A DNA stretch of 64,000 nt. It comes from Selaginella moellendorffii (taxonomy: Eukaryota > Plantae > Lycopodiophyta). Every line of letters begins with the position of its first letter. The stretch's first letter is position 1. A program made the translations under genes and the position numbers. The stretch spans positions 252,590 through 316,589 of the forward strand of contig NW_003314292.1 of NCBI RefSeq assembly GCF_000143415.4, written 5' to 3'. Positions 58,679 through 64,000 of the stretch are shown piece after piece. The notes below the pieces were generated by a model. It did no database searches and had not been told where the DNA came from. It saw only the letters and a program-made list of their open reading frames with translations.

Positions 58679-59654
58679 ATGGCACAGGCTGCTCTTCTCT
58701 CGCGCGTCACAACAGCCCTCAATGGGATCGCCCAGCAGAGGCTTTCATCGACGAGATCAAATGCCATTGGGGGATCATCGCAGCAGCTCCTAGGACAGAG
58801 GTTGGGTGTGGTTGTGACACCGCAGCATTTCAGCAGCGCTAGCAGGATCGTTCGCACCTTTGCTCTCAAGAGCAAGGCTCCGGCAACGAGTAAAAAGGTA
58901 GCCTTGAAGAAGCCACTCTTTCCACTACGTGTAGCGATTTGAGATTTACATTGTTTTGGGCAGTCGAAGAGCACTGTCGAGGATGGCATCTTCGGGACCT
59001 CTGGAGGGATTGGATTCACCAAGCAGAATGAATTGTTCGTGGGAAGGGTCGCAATGATCGGCTTTGCAGTAAGTTCCTCTCAATATGACAGTAACGATTA
59101 CGTAGTAATCTTGCAAATCGTAGGCCTCGCTGCTTGGAGAGGCAATCACTGGAAAGGGAGTCCTGGCACAGTTTGATCTGGAGACTGGGATTCCATTGAA
59201 CGAGACGGAGCCTTTGCTGCTCTTTTTCATCCTCTTCACCCTGTTGGGAGCCATTGGTGCTTTGGGTGACAGAGGAAAATTCGTTGACGAAACACCAGGG
59301 CCTATCATCGAACCGGGCAAAGGGTTTAAATCCGCCATTGGGCTGAAAGAAAAAGGTAACGTATTTCTCTAATCATCTCAGTGATCATATTTCTATGGTT
59401 TGATCACAGGCCCAGTGTTTGGATTCACCAAATCGAACGAGCTCTTTGTTGGTCGGCTCGCACAGTTGGGAATTGCGTTCTCTATAATTGGTGAGCTTAT
59501 AACTGGCAAGGGAGCGTTGGCGCAGCTCAACATAGAGACTGGAGTGCCTATCACTGAGATTGAACCCCTTTTGTTGTTCAACATAATCTTCTTCTTCATT
59601 GCAGCCATCAATCCTGGGACGGGTAGGTTCATTGCTGATAATGAAGAAGAGTGA
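58679..59654 (+). CDS. psbS: Photosystem II 22-kDa protein PsbS
   Basis: EDGIFGTSGGIGFTKQNELFVGRVAMIGFA, GFTKSNELFVGRLAQLGIAFS; both lumenal Glu motifs present (LETGIP, IETGVP); 3 introns. Confidence 0.96.
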
Positions 59655-59749
59655 ATGTACGGACTGATTTTGTCACAAACAACCTTAATTAAATGTCCTT
59701 AAGATTTATTATAATCCAGTGGGGAATGATCAAAACATGTCACCAAACT

Positions 59750-62700
59750 GACAGCTCGGCCCAGAGTTTGTATAAGTGTCACTAGGCATCAGGCCTCAAA
59801 TATTAATCATGTAGAGTCCCAACCAAGAAAGAAACATCACTGACAGATTTCCTCAACTGGCTACAAAAACCATCAGAAATCCCATGGTGAGGGCATTGAA
59901 GTGCAAGAATGTGCTGTAGCCCATTCCCCACATTAACACCCTCTCACACAACAATGATTCAACTCAAGGTACTTGTATGGGGTGTTGCAAACCTCAAGAC
60001 CTCTCTCAATGGAAAATCCAAATCCTAACTCAAATTATAAGTTTTATCACACTTCCAAAAGATAATTTTTAAACATCTATGTTGTCATCCCTTTTATAAG
60101 TCTCAAATCCACTTGGATCCCAACCACTTGATTGTTAATCCCTTTGAATCATTAGAAAATTTTATATGCCACTTAAGCCACCTTGTGTCATGAATATGAT
60201 TGTAGGTATTAAAGTTATTTATTGGCAAGTCTTTTAAGATATTTTTTTCTTATTACCATGATAGTAGGAGGTTAGTATTGTTAATTCTCTTGTTAGTCAC
60301 TCTTTATTGAATTAAACTGTGTGATAAATATAAAGTAAAAACTCTTATATATTTTCTTATTGATCATATTTAGCTTAGTAGTTTTCTTTGCTCTGTTTTG
60401 TGTTAGTCAAGTGTCCAAATTCATAATTTAGTGCCATTCTATATTTAGTAAATTTCGAGTTAGTTCTAAAGACTAATTCCTTATACTAATGGCTTGATAA
60501 GAACCCTTATATATTGAGTACTAGTCCCTCAATATTGTTATGTAATAACTTACTATTTCTGTTAAACACTTTCACTATTATGTGATCTTAGTTTCAATCC
60601 CATTAACAAAATGTTTAGATTTATTAATGAAGCATATCTATGAAATGTAAAAAATGTATGAAGTTTGGGCTTAGACCCAAGTTAGATACAAAAAAAATAC
60701 ACACCTAGCAAAGAGCTAAATAATACCTTAGGTTGGTTAGCCATACTCAATCTATCTATTATCCTTATTATACATTTGAAACCCCTATATAAAGCTTTTA
60801 CTTTTGTCCTAAAAAATAATTTTTAGGACAAACTTGAAGACTTATTAAATATAGAATGACACTAAATTGTAAATTTGGTACCACTATGTTTAAGCATGTT
60901 AGCCATATCCTTACATTAGGCCACTAATATAGTTTTTGCTTAACCATACGACAAAATTTAACCTTTAGATACATGTGCCAAGGAAAACAAAGTAGGACCT
61001 AAGTTTTAGGGCCTTGGGCTATTTAATAAAGGAATAGTGCTAAACTCCTGAGAGTATAGATAAAAAGTTAAGGAACATGAGTAGAGAGCAATATTGAAAT
61101 AGTTTTAAAGAATCTAAAATGTCAACACTAAGATCTAGTAATTCAGCTTATGGTATAAAGTTAAAACTATATGCACTATATTTGGTATTAGAATATTTGT
61201 CTTAATGAGTACTATTTAACAAGAATGGGCAATTAAGCTAGTTGCATATGTAAAGATGAGAATAATGATTTAAGTGGGTATATATTTAGTTTTTGTGGCT
61301 TCATATTTCTCCTCGAGTATCAATTTTGGCTATACCATTTTGTACTATATTGTATAAGCTTTCATTTTGGCTTATTTGATCAATCTTGAGATATACCATT
61401 TGTATGAGATACACCTAGGCTCGTGAGTGAAATGAGATATATTAGCAACTTAAAGTTATACTTTGAGTTGGTAAGATTGGTAATTACCATTAATTATTAC
61501 CATAAAAATAAGCTTCCCTTGGTTTGCCATGAGTGGCAAACAGGCCAGTCTATGGCTATTTAGCATGATATTAGTAGTGATCCTTCCTAATGCATGATTA
61601 TGAACAAGATTGTAGACATTTTTCTATTAATTTAAGTAGTTATTGTTGTAATTTTTTAAAACTTTTCTTCCACAATGGCAAAAGATCAGTATTGCTAAAC
61701 CATTTATTAGTTTCCACTCAAGTCAGTTGAGAAATTATTCATCACATGTTCATTTTACTTAATGAGTATAAAGACAAAAATTTTAAGTGCTTTAGAAAAA
61801 CTCATTCTTTAGCTTGCACTTGCTATTGTTGTTAGTGTTATTGAGCCTAGTCCCTTAATATTTGCTAGATTATAATTTATTATTTGTTAGATACTCTCAC
61901 TATCATTCCCCATGTGATATTTATAGAAAGTATCTAATGTTTTACTTAAATATATTTATGAATTTTAAAGAATGTCTTAAATACAATGATATTGTTTTCA
62001 CATTCGAATTTATAATCTAACACCATTTCATATTTAGTAAGTTTTCAAGTATGTCCCAAAGACTATCTCCTAGGACTAAAGTAAAAGCCTATAGCAAATT
62101 TATGTATAATAGAGATAGTAAGTAGATTAGGCATGGCCAACTAGTCTAAGGTATTTTTTGGCTCTCTATTAAGTGTATCTATTTTTGTTTTGCATTTAAC
62201 TTGGGTCTAAACCCAATTCCATACCATGCTAGCTAATGGAGTACCCATATCTTGTATTAGGCCACCAATAAGCTAAAATAATATTAAACTTTATTTAGCT
62301 CTATTTTGAAAGTTGTTTTTCACGTTTAAATGTTGGAAGCTCTAAGGTTGTTCAAGTGTTATATTCTTTCACTTCTTAGGTATTTGTTTCGTTAGGAGTT
62401 CAACTATACAGGGGCTCAAAATATATAATAGGGATAATGAGTAAATTAGACATAGCCAACTAACTTAAGGCATTGTTTAGCTTCCTATTAGGTGAGTTTG
62501 TTTTTATTTTGTGTCAAGTTTAGAGCTCAAGCTCAATACCATGCTAGTTGATAAAGTTTCATATCCTTGCATTAGGCCACTGGTATGCTAAAATAAAACC
62601 ATACTTTATTTAACTATATTTTAAGAGTTAGTCTTGGCGTTAGAATGCTTTAAGCTTTAAAATTATTCCAATATTGCTTCATGCTCTATTCTTTCGCTTC

Positions 62701-64000
62701 TTGGTTATTTAGCTTTTCAAGAGTTTAACTCTATCCTTTTGTTTAATAACACAAAATCTTGAAATGTAGGTTTTGCTTTGTTGCCTTTAACACATGTATA
62801 GAAAGGCTTGATTTTGCTACGGGATTACCCTATAATGATTCACCATAAAATACAGGGTTAAAAACATATTTTCTATAGCTAGTCTTTGTGAAGATAATAT
62901 TGATGATTTGGCTATATCTTTGTGTTATTAGTATTTGTGTATTTTGCTAGTTAGCACCTGTATTGGCATTTAAATGAGTTAAATGGCAAGTTGAGTTCGT
63001 TATCTTGTAAATAAGATTGTTAATAGGGGTTTAGATTCCTTGAAAAAGTGGTTTAATCATGGACTTGCAATAGGAAGAGTTAAGTGATTGATATTAGAAT
63101 TATTGGTTATTTGCTAGATTTGAGTTAATGTATTGATCATAAATGATTCCTATTGCAGTTTTTAATAAGTGAGTTACATCTTGAACTAGAGACAAATTCA
63201 TGGAGGATCGATTTAGCTATCACTTTTTTAGTATAACTTATACTTAGCTTTTGGATAAATGAAGATATGCTCTTTATTAACTTTTACATTATGAAGTTTT
63301 GGCTTATGGATGTGTTGAGGAGAATATTGTGGGTTGTACTTTGATTTCGTCTTGGGAATTAAAATTAATTATATAAAACTTGGTTATAGACATTTTTGAC
63401 CTTTTAGTTTTTTAAGTTATTATGCTTATTATTCCTTTTGTTAGGAGTTATTGGGGAAGAAAATATTTATTAACTTTAATGATCGAGTTAGGGTGGTTGA
63501 TTATAACACATGTGATCATAGGATGAGATTTGGATATATTATTATTGTGGATCCTTAGAACTTTAAGGGATAAATAGGGATAAAATAGCCAGTAGAGGCT
63601 TTCTTATTAAGCAATTGCCCTTTTTTCAGTTAACTTAAAAGAAGAGAGATAGGGTGTGCTACATATGATATCGGAACAAATAGCACAGATTCTATTTAAA
63701 ATATAATATATCCTTAAATAAGGTATATTTTTACTCATAAATTTGAAATTATATATATTGGGCATCCATGTGTACATCCTTCCTCTTGTGGAATATTTAT
63801 AGATGAAAGTATCCACTGTATAACTGTAGTATGAGTGGATGACTAATTTTCTCATATGAAATAACTAGTCTATACAATAGAAAGAATGGTAGATTCAATC
63901 AAAAAATAGAGGTGTTAATTCCCCTTGGCTCAGTAGGCCTTAATAGTCAATAATCAATGAATTGGAGTAGAACTATACTCTGCTCAAACCGTAGTGTTGT
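59750..64000. mobile_element. AT-rich, CpG-poor degenerate repeat/transposon-derived DNA with direct and inverted modules
   Basis: No credible ORFs; about 315-bp direct repeat (about 62100 and 62420); 60660-60880 is inverted relative to 62000-62230, and 60950-61135 relative to 62625-62815. Confidence 0.55.

Overview
This is gene-dense land-plant nuclear DNA. The very short GT-AG introns (about 45-100 bp), short-motif PPR arrays and tiny intergenic spacers point to a lycophyte such as Selaginella (inference). About 23 protein genes are recognisable: a partial acidic protein, Exo70, a START/cyclase, euAP2, a fibrillin, a fungal-type FAD/BBE oxidase, 2 PLS-class PPRs, a Gfo/Idh/MocA oxidoreductase, 3 PORR proteins, an NZF-RING-H2 ligase, sterol C14-reductase, a class-3 lipase, 2 KP4 killer-toxin-like genes, Yip1, SMO2, an FAD monooxygenase, an RRT-like glycosyltransferase, a DUF2358-like protein, an AGO4-clade Argonaute, PrxQ and PsbS. 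A rearranged island at about 33.3-44.3 kb holds a triplicated pseudogene, an HSP70 fragment, a decayed Penelope-like reverse transcriptase, PPR relics, a plastid 16S micro-insertion and a tandem duplication of the KP4-like gene. The last 4 kb is AT-rich scrambled repeat. The most notable items are the duplicated KP4-like secreted gene under apparent purifying selection, the intronless fungal-type oxidase, the very compact PPR/PORR cluster, and a euAP2 that lacks a miR172 site but has upstream SPL-type motifs. All family calls are from motif recognition, not database searches.
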